NCBI GenBank assembly: GCA_964583955.1
Contig: CAZOXY010000001.1
Location: 167,553-231,552, forward strand
DNA: 64,000 nucleotides
Direction of reading: 5' to 3'
Source of the DNA: an uncultured Chloracidobacterium sp.
Lineage (GTDB): Bacteria > Acidobacteriota > Blastocatellia > Pyrinomonadales > Pyrinomonadaceae
The notes beneath the pieces were generated by a model. It was not told where the DNA came from. It did not search any database and saw only the letters and a list, made by a program, of their open reading frames with translations. Both the position numbers and the translations under genes were made by a program. Position 1 is the first letter of the stretch. Each line of letters starts with the position of its first letter. Positions 9,698 through 18,825 of the stretch are shown piece by piece.

Positions 9698-10159
9698 TTA
9701 GACTCGAGTGCTTCTATATTCTTTTCGTGGATCATGAGGAGAGCAGACACCGACCTTGACGACTGTATATAGTTTTCCGGTAGTATCTCCTAATTCCACC
9801 GTGCAGACGTACGGCAATCCGCGGGTATCTTTTATGAGGTTTGGATAAGTATCAAAAGAATTCTCGAATCGAAGATATATTTTGGCAGATAAGAGTGATG
9901 GAAGGGAGAGATCGTATCGTTCCAAAGTTTTTTGTAGCCAATCACTATAATTCTTCTCACAGTATTTTATATATCTATTCTTGCTGTCAGATTCAATCAG
10001 ATTGAGATCTATTTGATAAAGTTCTTTCTTTTCCGCGATAAGGCGAAGTATTCCCAAGGCCCAATACCCATCAATATCGTTATTGCGACTTACAAAAGTT
10101 CCCAGCAAACCACTGGCTATATTCTTAAGAAGTCTTTTTGCCACTGCACTAATCCGCAA
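9698..10159 (-). CDS. hypothetical protein (AT-rich gene)
   Basis: 153-aa ORF overlapping the upstream TPR gene by 11 nt. No recognisable motif. Composition is visibly AT-richer than the neighbours. Confidence 0.45.
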   Translation of the reverse strand: MRISAVAKRLLKNIASGLLGTFVSRNNDIDGYWALGILRLIAEKKELYQIDLNLIESDSKNRYIKYCEKNYSDWLQKTLERYDLSLPSLLSAKIYLRFENSFDTYPNLIKDTRGLPYVCTVELGDTTGKLYTVVKVGVCSPHDPRKEYRSTRV

Positions 10160-10466
10160 AGTCTAAATCCAAAGTTATCCGATAATCATTTGCCATTGAC
10201 GGATGTCCGTGAGCCATTGAAACTTCAATACCTTTCTTGTATGTTTCTATGGCTTTCTCACGTTCACCAACAGCATTATATGCCTGAGCCAGTGTTCCGT
10301 ATGCATTGCCCTCGTCATCGGCCATGGCCAGATAATCCTCAAGCAGCCTGATGACCTTGGCCGTATCGCCCGCTTTTTCATATTCTTTGGCGAGGCCGAA
10401 CATGACCATTGTGTTCTCAGGATCGGCCTCTAACATTTGTTCAAATACTTCGATGCGGTCACTCAT
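10149..10466 (-). CDS. small tetratricopeptide-repeat protein
   Basis: 105 aa. TPR-like helices (FGLAKEYEKAGDTAKVIRLLEDYL, GTLAQAYNAVGEREKAIETYKKGIE). Confidence 0.55.
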   Translation of the reverse strand: MSDRIEVFEQMLEADPENTMVMFGLAKEYEKAGDTAKVIRLLEDYLAMADDEGNAYGTLAQAYNAVGEREKAIETYKKGIEVSMAHGHPSMANDYRITLDLDFAD

Positions 10467-10555
10467 ACTACAAACTTACAATCACGACGGACAATATCAA
10501 AATGAAAAACACCGCTCAACCGAACGATGTTTTCCAGAGAAGGTGATAATTTCAC

Positions 10556-11269
10556 TTAACGTGAATAAATGGAGACGGTGTCAGCGAACTTCTGCAAAGT
10601 TTTCGGGGCATCTGCGGAGGAAAGCGGCGGGTTTCCGATGATCTCCTTGACCGATCTTTGATATACGGCGTTGTTCATATCCTTGTCCTGAGAGATCACA
10701 ACACCCTTAAGCGAAACACCCGCAAAAAGTCCCTTGCTTCGCGAATAGGTCAGTATTTCTGCGTCCATTGTTGCATTTGTCGATGCCGCTGCGGTCCGTC
10801 CGACCGGCCCGGCAGAAACGCTGCCCTCGCCGCCTATCTCAAATTTGTCCTGCAGCAGCCCGTCCAGCCCTTTGTCATTCATTATGAGAATTACGTAATC
10901 CGTTTTCTGAGCGCCTATCTGAGCGCCAAAGCTTCCTCCGCCCATGTTCAGAAAAGCGGGAGCGCTCCAGCCGGAACCGGTTCGGCTGATCGCGACACCT
11001 TTGCCGCCTTGTCCGCCGACAATAAACGCGGCTTTAAGCGTTCCCGGAAAAACAATGACGGCCTTGGCCTTTTCCAAAAGGTCGCGCGGAATCGACTTCT
11101 CCGAGACCTTCATAACCTCCTTGATAACGTCAGAAGCATCGTCAACGCGGTCGATAGCCGCCCTCAGCTCCTTTCCCGTGTTCTTATCCTGAGCCGCGAC
11201 GGCAGAAGAGACAGCTAAAATTCCAGCTAACGAAAAAAATAGTGCAAATAGTTTGTTTTTCATGATCAT
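10556..11269 (-). CDS. SYLF (DUF500, Ysc84-like) lipid-binding domain protein, secreted
   Basis: Signal peptide. AVIVFPG..KAAFIVGGQGGKGV...WSAPAF...GGSFGAQIGAQ..D.VILIMN...GVSLKG pattern of the SYLF domain. Confidence 0.75.
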   Translation of the reverse strand: MIMKNKLFALFFSLAGILAVSSAVAAQDKNTGKELRAAIDRVDDASDVIKEVMKVSEKSIPRDLLEKAKAVIVFPGTLKAAFIVGGQGGKGVAISRTGSGWSAPAFLNMGGGSFGAQIGAQKTDYVILIMNDKGLDGLLQDKFEIGGEGSVSAGPVGRTAAASTNATMDAEILTYSRSKGLFAGVSLKGVVISQDKDMNNAVYQRSVKEIIGNPPLSSADAPKTLQKFADTVSIYSR

Positions 11270-11326
11270 TTCTATCCTGGCCCGGCTAAATATACTAATG
11301 CGCCGAATGGAAAGCGGAAATGCTTT

Positions 11327-12385
11327 TTAAGTGAACAATCTTCCCTGTTCGGCCGTTCGGCCCTCGGCTTGTTCAGGTTCCTTTTGCCCAACCAAACCCA
11401 GCCGGACCGCGTGAAACTCGAAAAGCTTTCGTGTCATCGCCCATTGTTCCGTCTTGCCGGTACTACGCTCATTGTATGTAAGATGCCGCAAACTGCCGTT
11501 CCGTTCACGTTTTATTGTGTTTATTATCTTTGCCATACGCGTTGGCGGCAATCGCTCATTCATTTTCTGAACAAAATATTCCTCTATCGAATCAGTGTCC
11601 AAATGCAGCATCGACATAAACGCTTTTGTCGCGCCGGATTCCTTAGCTCTTTCCAAAAGGCCGGGAATATCGGATTCGTTGTAGCCGGGAATAATAGGCG
11701 CGATGCCGATGCCGGTTCTGATGCCCGCGTCGGACAATGTTCTCATCGCCCGAAAGCGAGCCTCGGGAACGGGCGTGTAGGGTTCAAAAGGATTGGATTT
11801 TTCCTTTGTCAAAAAAGGGAGTGAAAAGAAAACGAAGACCTTGTTCAGTTTTTTAAGAACATCGATATCACGCGTCACAAGCGGAGATTTTGTTATAACG
11901 CCGACCGGAACCTGAAACTCGGCACAGACCTCCAAACATTGCCGCGTCAGTTTATACTCAGCTTCGAGAGCGACGTAAGGATCGGTCGCGAATGAAAAAT
12001 CGAGATGCGGCATCTTGTTCCGCGTTTTCTTTAGCTCCTCGCGAAGCAGCTTGGGAGCATTTGGTTTTACGACGATCTTTGTTTCAAAATCGGTTCCTGC
12101 GCCATAGCCCAGATATTCGTGATACTGCCTTGCGAAACAATACGTGCAGCCGTGAACGCACCCGCGATAGCAATTTACCGTATATCGCCAGCCGCCTTCC
12201 CAATCGCTTGCAAAAGCCTTTGTAATGATCTTTTTTGTCGCGGTCTCCTCAAAGACCTCCAGCTTAGTCGGCGGCGGCTCGCCAACGTATTCGGCAGAGT
12301 ATCTGTTGTAGGGATTAGGAGGGTTCTTGATGTGTCGCACAAATAAGACAATATCGCATCTATGGATACATAGCAAGAAATTCAT
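11327..12385 (-). CDS. radical SAM protein, PA0069 / DNA-repair-photolyase-like (COG1533) family
   Basis: CVHGCTYC (CX3CX2C) cluster motif. N-terminal NPPNPYNRY motif typical of the family. The start codon is uncertain. Confidence 0.8.
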   Translation of the reverse strand: MNFLLCIHRCDIVLFVRHIKNPPNPYNRYSAEYVGEPPPTKLEVFEETATKKIITKAFASDWEGGWRYTVNCYRGCVHGCTYCFARQYHEYLGYGAGTDFETKIVVKPNAPKLLREELKKTRNKMPHLDFSFATDPYVALEAEYKLTRQCLEVCAEFQVPVGVITKSPLVTRDIDVLKKLNKVFVFFSLPFLTKEKSNPFEPYTPVPEARFRAMRTLSDAGIRTGIGIAPIIPGYNESDIPGLLERAKESGATKAFMSMLHLDTDSIEEYFVQKMNERLPPTRMAKIINTIKRERNGSLRHLTYNERSTGKTEQWAMTRKLFEFHAVRLGLVGQKEPEQAEGRTAEQGRLFT

Positions 12386-12450
12386 CGCAGAGACGCAAAG
12401 ACACTGAGAGAAACAAACTGAATGATATGAGAATTCTGTATCGAATTCTA

Positions 12451-12858
12451 TTACGTGCGATTTCTGAGCATGTACGCGATCGACGGCGATGCAGCCATTA
12501 ACAAAAGTCCGAACAACATAAATCCACCGCGGCCAATGTCATAATCGGACAATATGCGATCCCAATCCAAACCAAGCAGAACTTTGCCTAAAAACAACTC
12601 GAATAAAACAGTCAGGCTCACCCAAACGAACCCAATGAAAAGCCGCTGTCGCCAGTCGGTCGTGCTGATCCGGTCAATGGTGAAATAGCTGATCGCGAGT
12701 ATTATAAGTGAGCCGATGACAACACCGATCTGCCGTGCCGCCAGATCGCCCGTCAGCGGAACCAGCAGCAGGCCGCGAAGAATGCCGTGAAGTGTTTCAG
12801 CAATTATTATTAGCAGCCAAACAGCAAGGGCTTTTAGGAGAATATGTGTATTCATCAA
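12451..12858 (-). CDS. hypothetical integral membrane protein (about 4 TM)
   Basis: 135-aa hydrophobic ORF. No motif recognised. Confidence 0.5.
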   Translation of the reverse strand: MMNTHILLKALAVWLLIIIAETLHGILRGLLLVPLTGDLAARQIGVVIGSLIILAISYFTIDRISTTDWRQRLFIGFVWVSLTVLFELFLGKVLLGLDWDRILSDYDIGRGGFMLFGLLLMAASPSIAYMLRNRT

Positions 12859-12892
12859 AGAATAAATTCGATACTCTCGGCGTCTTTGCGGT

Positions 12893-13417
12893 TCAAATCT
12901 CTCTTTGCATCAGCAGATCGGTCTGCGCGTCGGAACCAAGTTGGAAAACATGACTCCCGACAATGTGAAAACCGTTCTTTTCGTAAAACCTCTGCGCCCT
13001 GGGGTTGTATTCCCAAACACCGAGCCACATCACATCTCGGCCAAGTTCGCGGGCAAGACTGAAACACTCGTCCATCAATGCCTGCCCGATGCCTTTACCC
13101 AAAAACTTTTGATGCGTGTACAAGCGGCCAAGCTCTATCGGCCTATCGGCGGTTATGCCTTCTTCAATAACATCGACGATCAGCTTTGCATATCCCGCAG
13201 CCTCGCCGTCGATCTCCGCCAGCAAAAAGAAATTCTTTTCGTCCTCCAACTCACGCCCAGTCTGCTCTTCGCTGAACGCCTCTGCCATATACGCCGCCAT
13301 GTCCTCAGGCCGATTAGCCGGATGCTGATGAAACGCATCCCAAAAGGTTGTAAACGCCAGAGAGGCGAGCAATTCAACGTCCTCTAAAACAAGTTTTCTT
13401 AAAGTAACCGCCAGCAT
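12893..13417 (-). CDS. GNAT-family N-acetyltransferase
   Basis: Acetyl-CoA motif A region QKFLGKGIGQALM and the C-terminal RAQRFYEKNGF. Confidence 0.85.
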   Translation of the reverse strand: MLAVTLRKLVLEDVELLASLAFTTFWDAFHQHPANRPEDMAAYMAEAFSEEQTGRELEDEKNFFLLAEIDGEAAGYAKLIVDVIEEGITADRPIELGRLYTHQKFLGKGIGQALMDECFSLARELGRDVMWLGVWEYNPRAQRFYEKNGFHIVGSHVFQLGSDAQTDLLMQREI

Positions 13418-13438
13418 TCAGTTTAACTAAAGTTCAAT

Positions 13439-13711
13439 CTAATGGGTGTCGTCTTTCACTTCAGGATCAAAATCGACCATTCCCAAAATGAAAAGCTCCT
13501 TGTCTAAACCAACACTTTCTACCGCGATGGCAACGCATTTTTTTAGTTCTGCCAACACCGCTAGTGACTCTTTGTCATCAGCAAGATAGACCTCGCTGCT
13601 GCAAGCTCTGCAATATCGTATGCTTTCGTTTGATGTTGTTTCAAGTTCCAGCCACTTCTTAGGACATTTAAGGGTAAATATGCAATTTTGTATTAATTCT
13701 TCATCAGCCAT
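13439..13711 (-). CDS. small Cys-containing hypothetical protein (possible zinc-ribbon-like)
   Basis: 90 aa with CIFTLKCPKKW...RYCRACSSEVY, four Cys in a treble-clef-like spacing. Confidence 0.45.
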   Translation of the reverse strand: MADEELIQNCIFTLKCPKKWLELETTSNESIRYCRACSSEVYLADDKESLAVLAELKKCVAIAVESVGLDKELFILGMVDFDPEVKDDTH

Positions 13712-13796
13712 TTTATAGTTTACAGATCATCAATGATAAAAGTTGAAGACATATAGAAAAAGAAAAACGCGGGAAGTGGGAGTTCCCGTTGGTTCA

Positions 13797-14231
13797 TCAG
13801 TGGATGATCTTGCTTCCTTTGACATTAAGAAGTTCTTTTCTTTCCAAAGAGCCTTGTATGGCCAAGGCTCCTTGACCGTCACTTTCCAGAGAACTTACCG
13901 GCAAGGATTCTCCGATCCTTACCCCTAGTTTCGGAGGATATTCCGAAGGGCACGGAGAACCGTCGGCCGAAAAGTAATCGCATTCATTGGGTCCGTAAAC
14001 CGCGCAGAGAGGAAGGCCACTGACATTCTGCTCATGTTTTCCCAGGCGTCTTATCGCAGTTTTGAGTGCGGGCGTTAACGGTTCATTTCGATCAACCTCT
14101 TTCTCTACAAAGATGGTTATTCCGCGTTTTGGAGGTTCGACCCCGAGAGGAAGAAAATTTATGGTTTTCGTAACAGAAAAACCAGGCAGTAATTGGTAAA
14201 CGAAATATGGGTAGTTTCTTAATTTGCTCAT
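13797..14231 (-). CDS. hypothetical protein
   Basis: 144-aa ORF with AGGAGA 8 nt upstream of the ATG. No recognisable domain. Confidence 0.45.
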   Translation of the reverse strand: MSKLRNYPYFVYQLLPGFSVTKTINFLPLGVEPPKRGITIFVEKEVDRNEPLTPALKTAIRRLGKHEQNVSGLPLCAVYGPNECDYFSADGSPCPSEYPPKLGVRIGESLPVSSLESDGQGALAIQGSLERKELLNVKGSKIIH

Positions 14232-14276
14232 TGTGATGTATCTCCTATTTTAATTTGGTAAATACACCAGGAAATG

Positions 14277-14315
14277 AAAAGGCCCATCACTCACATCAAG
14301 AGTAATAGGCCTTTT
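14277..14315. terminator. hairpin with flanking A- and T-runs (bidirectional terminator or attenuator)
   Basis: AAAAGGCC ... GGCCTTTT outer stem with inner ACTC/GAGT pairing. Lies between the acyl-CoA dehydrogenase stop and the next minus-strand gene. Confidence 0.55.
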
Positions 14316-14352
14316 ACGCGAACTGTTGAGATTTCTGAAAGCATTTTGCTTT

Positions 14353-14426
14353 TGCACATCGAGGCCTAAGCCTCAAAGCACCGTGTCTCACCGGTTGCTG
14401 GGTTCTTCCGAACCACTCCTGATGCA
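14353..14426 (-). ncRNA. candidate structured RNA: closing stem plus three hairpins (four-way junction), class unknown
   Basis: Minus strand reads UGCAUC-AGGAGU-[GGUUC GGAA GAACC]-CAGCA-[ACCG GUGAGACA CGGU]-GCUUU-[GAGGC UUAG GCCUC]-GAUGUGCA. All stems are Watson-Crick. The strand was chosen from the GNRA loop and the downstream terminator. Confidence 0.3.
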
Positions 14427-14469
14427 GTTAATAAACTAAACCGAGATCGCGATGATTGTCAAGCGACAG

Positions 14470-15657
14470 TTATTTTCCACTTGTTATCAGTTTGGCGATT
14501 GTTTGCAGCTGCATGTTAGAGGTGCCTTCGTAGATGGAGCCGATCTTGCTGTCCCGCCAGAATTTTTCGACCGGATAATCTTTTACATAGCCGTAACCGC
14601 CATAGAGTTCGATTGCTTTGGATGAAACGGCCTCGGCGACGCGCGAGGTGTAGAGCTTTGCGATGGCGGCTTCTTTTAAGAAAGATTTGCCCGCATCTTT
14701 CAGGCGAGCGGCATTGTAAGTAAGCAAACGCGCGGCTTCGATCTCGACAGCCATTTCAGCAAGTTGGAATTGGACGGCTTGAAATGAATTGAGGGACGAG
14801 CCGAACTGTTCGCGTTCGGCGGTGTATCCGAGGGCGGCCTCGTATGCTCCCTGTGCTATGCCGAGCATCTGTGCGGCGATGCCGATGCGGCCTTCGTTCA
14901 GCGTTTCTATCGAGACCTTATAGCCTTTGCCGACCTCGCCTAAAACATTCTCTTTAGGCACTTTACAGTTTTCAAAGATAAGCTCGGTGGTTGACGAAGC
15001 TCTGATGCCCAGCTTGTCCTCTTTCTTTCCGACCGAGAATCCTTCAAAGTCCTTTTCGAGGATGAACGCCGTGATTCCCTTGTAGCCCGCTTCGGCGTCG
15101 ATGGTCGCGAACACGATAAATATCTCCGCTTCGTTGCCGTTCGTTATCCAGAGTTTTTGGCCGTTCAGTTCCCAATGGTCGCCTTTGTCGGCGGCCTTTG
15201 TTTTTAATGCGAAAGCGTCTGAGCCTGACGACGCTTCGCTAAGGGCGTACGCGCCGACGCGGCCTTCCGCGAGTTGCGGCATGTATTTTTTCTTGAGTTC
15301 GTCGCTGCCCCATTTCATGAACGCGTTGGTGACAAGCGTGTTGTGAACGTCAACAAAGACCGAAACGCTCGCATCGACGCGGGCAAGTTCCTCTATGGCA
15401 AGTATCGCGTTGAAGATCGTGGAACCGGCGCCGCCATATTCCTCCGGCGATTCGATAGCCATCAGCCCAAGCTCAAAGCATTGTTTGATAAGTTCCGGAT
15501 CAAGTTTCGCGGCGTGTTCCATTGCCTCGACGCGCGGACGAACCTCGCCCTCGGCAAATTCGCGAACCGACGCGCGAAACAATTCCTCTTCCTCGGAAAG
15601 AACCGTTAAACCAAGATTTGTCAATGCCGATGCGGCAGCGGATGAAGTCATAACCAA
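14470..15657 (-). CDS. acyl-CoA dehydrogenase (short/branched-chain type)
   Basis: Full-length ACAD pattern: GAYALSEASSGSDA, WITNG, the C-terminal catalytic region YEGTSNMQ, and GGYGY. Confidence 0.9.
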   Translation of the reverse strand: MVMTSSAAASALTNLGLTVLSEEEELFRASVREFAEGEVRPRVEAMEHAAKLDPELIKQCFELGLMAIESPEEYGGAGSTIFNAILAIEELARVDASVSVFVDVHNTLVTNAFMKWGSDELKKKYMPQLAEGRVGAYALSEASSGSDAFALKTKAADKGDHWELNGQKLWITNGNEAEIFIVFATIDAEAGYKGITAFILEKDFEGFSVGKKEDKLGIRASSTTELIFENCKVPKENVLGEVGKGYKVSIETLNEGRIGIAAQMLGIAQGAYEAALGYTAEREQFGSSLNSFQAVQFQLAEMAVEIEAARLLTYNAARLKDAGKSFLKEAAIAKLYTSRVAEAVSSKAIELYGGYGYVKDYPVEKFWRDSKIGSIYEGTSNMQLQTIAKLITSGK

Positions 15658-15733
15658 AAACCTCTTTTCAGATAAAAAATTGTGATATGAATAATATTAT
15701 ACGCAAAACGCGGCGGATGTCAGGCGACGAAAA

Positions 15734-17968
15734 CTATTGCGGCAGCGATATCAGAACCACGTCCGCCGTGCTGCCGCCTTTTGAAATGACCAGATCGGTG
15801 CCGGCCATCGACCAGTCAAAATTGTATATCCGTTCATTAGGCGTGGAAAATATGGTCTGCGGTTCGGCGCTGTCGTCATCTGTTGGCTGCCTTACTATCG
15901 AGCTCCCTTTCAGATAGTCAAAGGTACGCCCGCCCGATGTAAAGCGGATCATCGCCGCGGAAGTGACGATGTTTACCGTCCTGACATTTTTAGAGCCGGA
16001 AAGATCCAGCATTCCTATCTTGATCGGGACAGACGATATCTCATCAGGGTCGGGTATTTCTGCATTCGTTTCGCGGTAAACGAAAGCAAGGTATCTGCCG
16101 TCCGGAGACGTTTCAAAAAAATGCATCGGAGCAAAATCGACCGCCTCGTATATGGTCTCAACGACTTGAGTGGAAAGGTCGATGCGGCGTATCTCGCTGC
16201 GGCCGCCGCTTCTTGCCAAAAAATAAAGATGCTGCCCGTCATGAGAAAGCGCCGGATACCAGTGAGATTCACCCTGCCCTGAGGTCATCGGCACCGGATC
16301 AGTTCCGTCTTGGCCTATTCGCCAGATGCGCGCCATGCCGTCTCTGTTCGACGAGAGATAGATATACCGGCCATCGGATGACGACGCCACCTGAGTGTTC
16401 CTCGGGCCGTTGTTGTGCGTCAGCCGGACGTGAGATTCACCTGAAATTGAGACCGTCCAAAGGTCGCGTTCCACCTCTTCGCGTTTGTCGTAAACTATGC
16501 GGTCCTCGGTGGCAAAATCAAGATCAACCATCGCAAAATGGCCGTAGGTCCCGGACGTAAGCGGTTTGCCGGAATTAATATCGGCATTGCGGTACAGCCA
16601 AACATTCGCCGTCGTGTCCGCCTTTTCGGTGACAAGATGTTTGCCGTCGGCCGAGATGGAGAGGCCGTTATACAAATTCAGGTCGTTCGTGACCTTGGTG
16701 ACGGTGCCAGAGGGTATCGACACACGCCAAAGCTGGCGGCCTTTTTCAGGTTCTTTTGACAAGGCAAAGATCGTTTCTCCGTCAGGCCCCCAAGCCATGT
16801 GAAACAATTTATTGAGGTCCGTTTTTATCGCGGACGTTATTCCGGTTTCCACCTCGGCAATGTTGATCTCTGATCTCGATTCTGAGCCGGTGCTGTCCAA
16901 AAATGCGATCGCCTTTCCGTCAGGAGACCATTCCGGCGCGACCATCATAAAGAACTGTTTGGGTTCACGAACCTCCATCAGAATTCTTTCCTCACCGGTT
17001 GCAAGGTCGTGGATCACCAGTGTTTCTCGGTTAGCGGCGGCGTCCGCCCTAAAGAATGCAAGGTGTTTTCCGTCGGGCGAGACGCTGAAATTTCCCCAAA
17101 CGTTCTGGGCGACAAGCGTAGGGTCTCCGCCAAAATAGGAGACGCGATGAACCGCTCGCCCCGTGCGCCAGAGGCCTCTTATGCGAAAGAAAAGATCCTT
17201 GCCGTCATGAGAAAATCTAACTACGCCGGGTACAAGTCCGCCGCCAATATCGACCGCGACATCTTTGCCCGCACTGACATCCATAAGGCGAACGCCGCCT
17301 TTTTCCGAACGCCTGTCTATGTAGGCGACAAAGCGTCCGTCGGGTGAGATGGTTGGCGAAATGGCCGCGCCCGTATCGGTCAGGCCCTTAAGTACGATCT
17401 GGCCTGAGGATGTTACAGATGCGTCGGGGGATTTCCTGAGCGAATATCCGGCAACGATAAGTATTGCCAGAACGGCCATCCCGAAGGCGGCAAATCGGGC
17501 CGCTTTTTTTGCAAGGATGCGGCGATTTCTGCTAACGATCTCCTGCCGGCCGGTCGAAAGAGCTTCGGTGTTTTGCGGCGGTTCGTCACGCTTTTCCGGT
17601 TCGGGATGTTCGGCCTCTGCCCGTTCGATGGCCGCAGGCCGGTCCATTTGCCGTACTTTCACCGGAGCGACAAATCTGTACCCTTTTCTCGGAACCGTTT
17701 CGATGAATCTGTTTTCCTTTCCAAATATCTGGCGTATCGAGTAGATATTTTGCGAAAGGTTGCTCTCCTCAACAAAGGTTTCTGCCCAGACCGAATCCAG
17801 TATCTCTTCCTTTGAAACGACACGGCCGGCGTTCTCAACCAGGATCAGGAGCGTATCAAAAACCTTTGGCGGCAGCGGAATATGTTCATCGCCTCGCCAG
17901 AGGTTCTTTTCCCGGGAGTTCAGCAGATAACCGTCAAACTCGTATAAGTTGTTGAGTTCATTGCTCAT
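15734..17968 (-). CDS. CadC/OmpR-type winged-helix DNA-binding domain, one TM segment, periplasmic TolB-like beta-propeller: one-component regulator
   Basis: N-terminus YEFDGYLL...LPPKVFDTLLILVENAGRVVSKEEILDSVW...IETVPRKGYRFV. TM at about residue 160. Repeated SPDG[KR] propeller blades. Confidence 0.8.
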   Translation of the reverse strand: MSNELNNLYEFDGYLLNSREKNLWRGDEHIPLPPKVFDTLLILVENAGRVVSKEEILDSVWAETFVEESNLSQNIYSIRQIFGKENRFIETVPRKGYRFVAPVKVRQMDRPAAIERAEAEHPEPEKRDEPPQNTEALSTGRQEIVSRNRRILAKKAARFAAFGMAVLAILIVAGYSLRKSPDASVTSSGQIVLKGLTDTGAAISPTISPDGRFVAYIDRRSEKGGVRLMDVSAGKDVAVDIGGGLVPGVVRFSHDGKDLFFRIRGLWRTGRAVHRVSYFGGDPTLVAQNVWGNFSVSPDGKHLAFFRADAAANRETLVIHDLATGEERILMEVREPKQFFMMVAPEWSPDGKAIAFLDSTGSESRSEINIAEVETGITSAIKTDLNKLFHMAWGPDGETIFALSKEPEKGRQLWRVSIPSGTVTKVTNDLNLYNGLSISADGKHLVTEKADTTANVWLYRNADINSGKPLTSGTYGHFAMVDLDFATEDRIVYDKREEVERDLWTVSISGESHVRLTHNNGPRNTQVASSSDGRYIYLSSNRDGMARIWRIGQDGTDPVPMTSGQGESHWYPALSHDGQHLYFLARSGGRSEIRRIDLSTQVVETIYEAVDFAPMHFFETSPDGRYLAFVYRETNAEIPDPDEISSVPIKIGMLDLSGSKNVRTVNIVTSAAMIRFTSGGRTFDYLKGSSIVRQPTDDDSAEPQTIFSTPNERIYNFDWSMAGTDLVISKGGSTADVVLISLPQ

Positions 17969-18115
17969 ACAAAGTTCTCAAGAAAATATTGAGAAAAAAA
18001 TCAGGCGTTCTTGAAGATTTTCATACCGGTTAGATCTAAGCTTTTGCTCGTTAGGAGGCGGTAAAACCTCAGTTTCAATATTACATTCCCGCTCCCCATT
18101 CAGCAAAAAGCATCT

Positions 18116-18787
18116 ATGATGGAAAATTCTTCATTGAACGATCACGGCACTGCTCAGCCCGCAAAAAGCCGAAAATGGATCTACGTGATAATTGCGGTTT
18201 GCGCCGCCGCGCTGATCGGAGTTTTTATTATCGCTGCCGCCGCGATAGGTATTTATTTTTATACCTACAAGTCAAAGCCGTCACCGCCGCCTTTTGAACG
18301 GCCCGCAAACCTGCGGACGGCCAATTCATCGGGGCCGGCGAATAACCGGCCTGGCACGATCTCGAATGGCTCGCCGACCGATAACCTTGTCAGTGCGATT
18401 CGCTCCCGGAACAAGATCGGGAGGTTCGACCTTCAGAACGTTGTTCCGACGATATCCACCCCGACATTCATCAACACCATCGGCGAAGCAAAAGGAATAT
18501 ACATTTCCGGAGGCAAGACCATTACCTTCACCGTCGCGGAATATCGAAACAAGGCCCAGGCGAGTGTGTATCTGACCCGACTGATACGGATGCGGTCGGA
18601 AAAAGGGGCAAAGATCCTGAACAAGGTACAGGTCAACCAAAACGGCGTCAACGGCTCTTTTCAGGACGACAAGCAAACCTATTACGGATTCTGCAACTGG
18701 CCGGACGGCAAAGCTTCTCTTTGCCATCTGATCGCGGGTGATGATGCCGCGACGGTCGAGGAGTTTCGCAAAGCTCTGCAACCATAG
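18116..18787 (+). CDS. single-pass membrane-anchored hypothetical protein
   Basis: 223 aa. TM WIYVIIAVCAAALIGVFIIAAAAIGIYF, a Pro/Asn-rich linker and a globular C-terminal domain. Confidence 0.5.
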   Translation: MMENSSLNDHGTAQPAKSRKWIYVIIAVCAAALIGVFIIAAAAIGIYFYTYKSKPSPPPFERPANLRTANSSGPANNRPGTISNGSPTDNLVSAIRSRNKIGRFDLQNVVPTISTPTFINTIGEAKGIYISGGKTITFTVAEYRNKAQASVYLTRLIRMRSEKGAKILNKVQVNQNGVNGSFQDDKQTYYGFCNWPDGKASLCHLIAGDDAATVEEFRKALQP

Positions 18788-18825
18788 ATCCGGAAAATTC
18801 AAGAATAAAAAACAAAAGGAAATAA

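Noticed and set aside
14353-14426. tRNA-sized (74 nt) cloverleaf
   Set aside because: Two of the three hairpin loops are only 4 nt. There is no T-loop (TTCRA) or D-loop signature, no 7-nt anticodon loop, and the acceptor-like stem has a 2-nt bulge. It is not a canonical tRNA, so it is kept only as a generic structured-RNA candidate.
14395-14430. SRP (4.5S) RNA-like domain IV signature on the minus strand: AGG ... GGUUC-GGAA-GAACC ... AGCA
   Set aside because: In SRP RNAs the GNRA tetraloop is separated from the AGG/AGCA symmetric loop by a conserved 3-bp helix. Here the helix is 5 bp with extra unpaired bases. The flanks do not form the long closing hairpin of 4.5S RNA.
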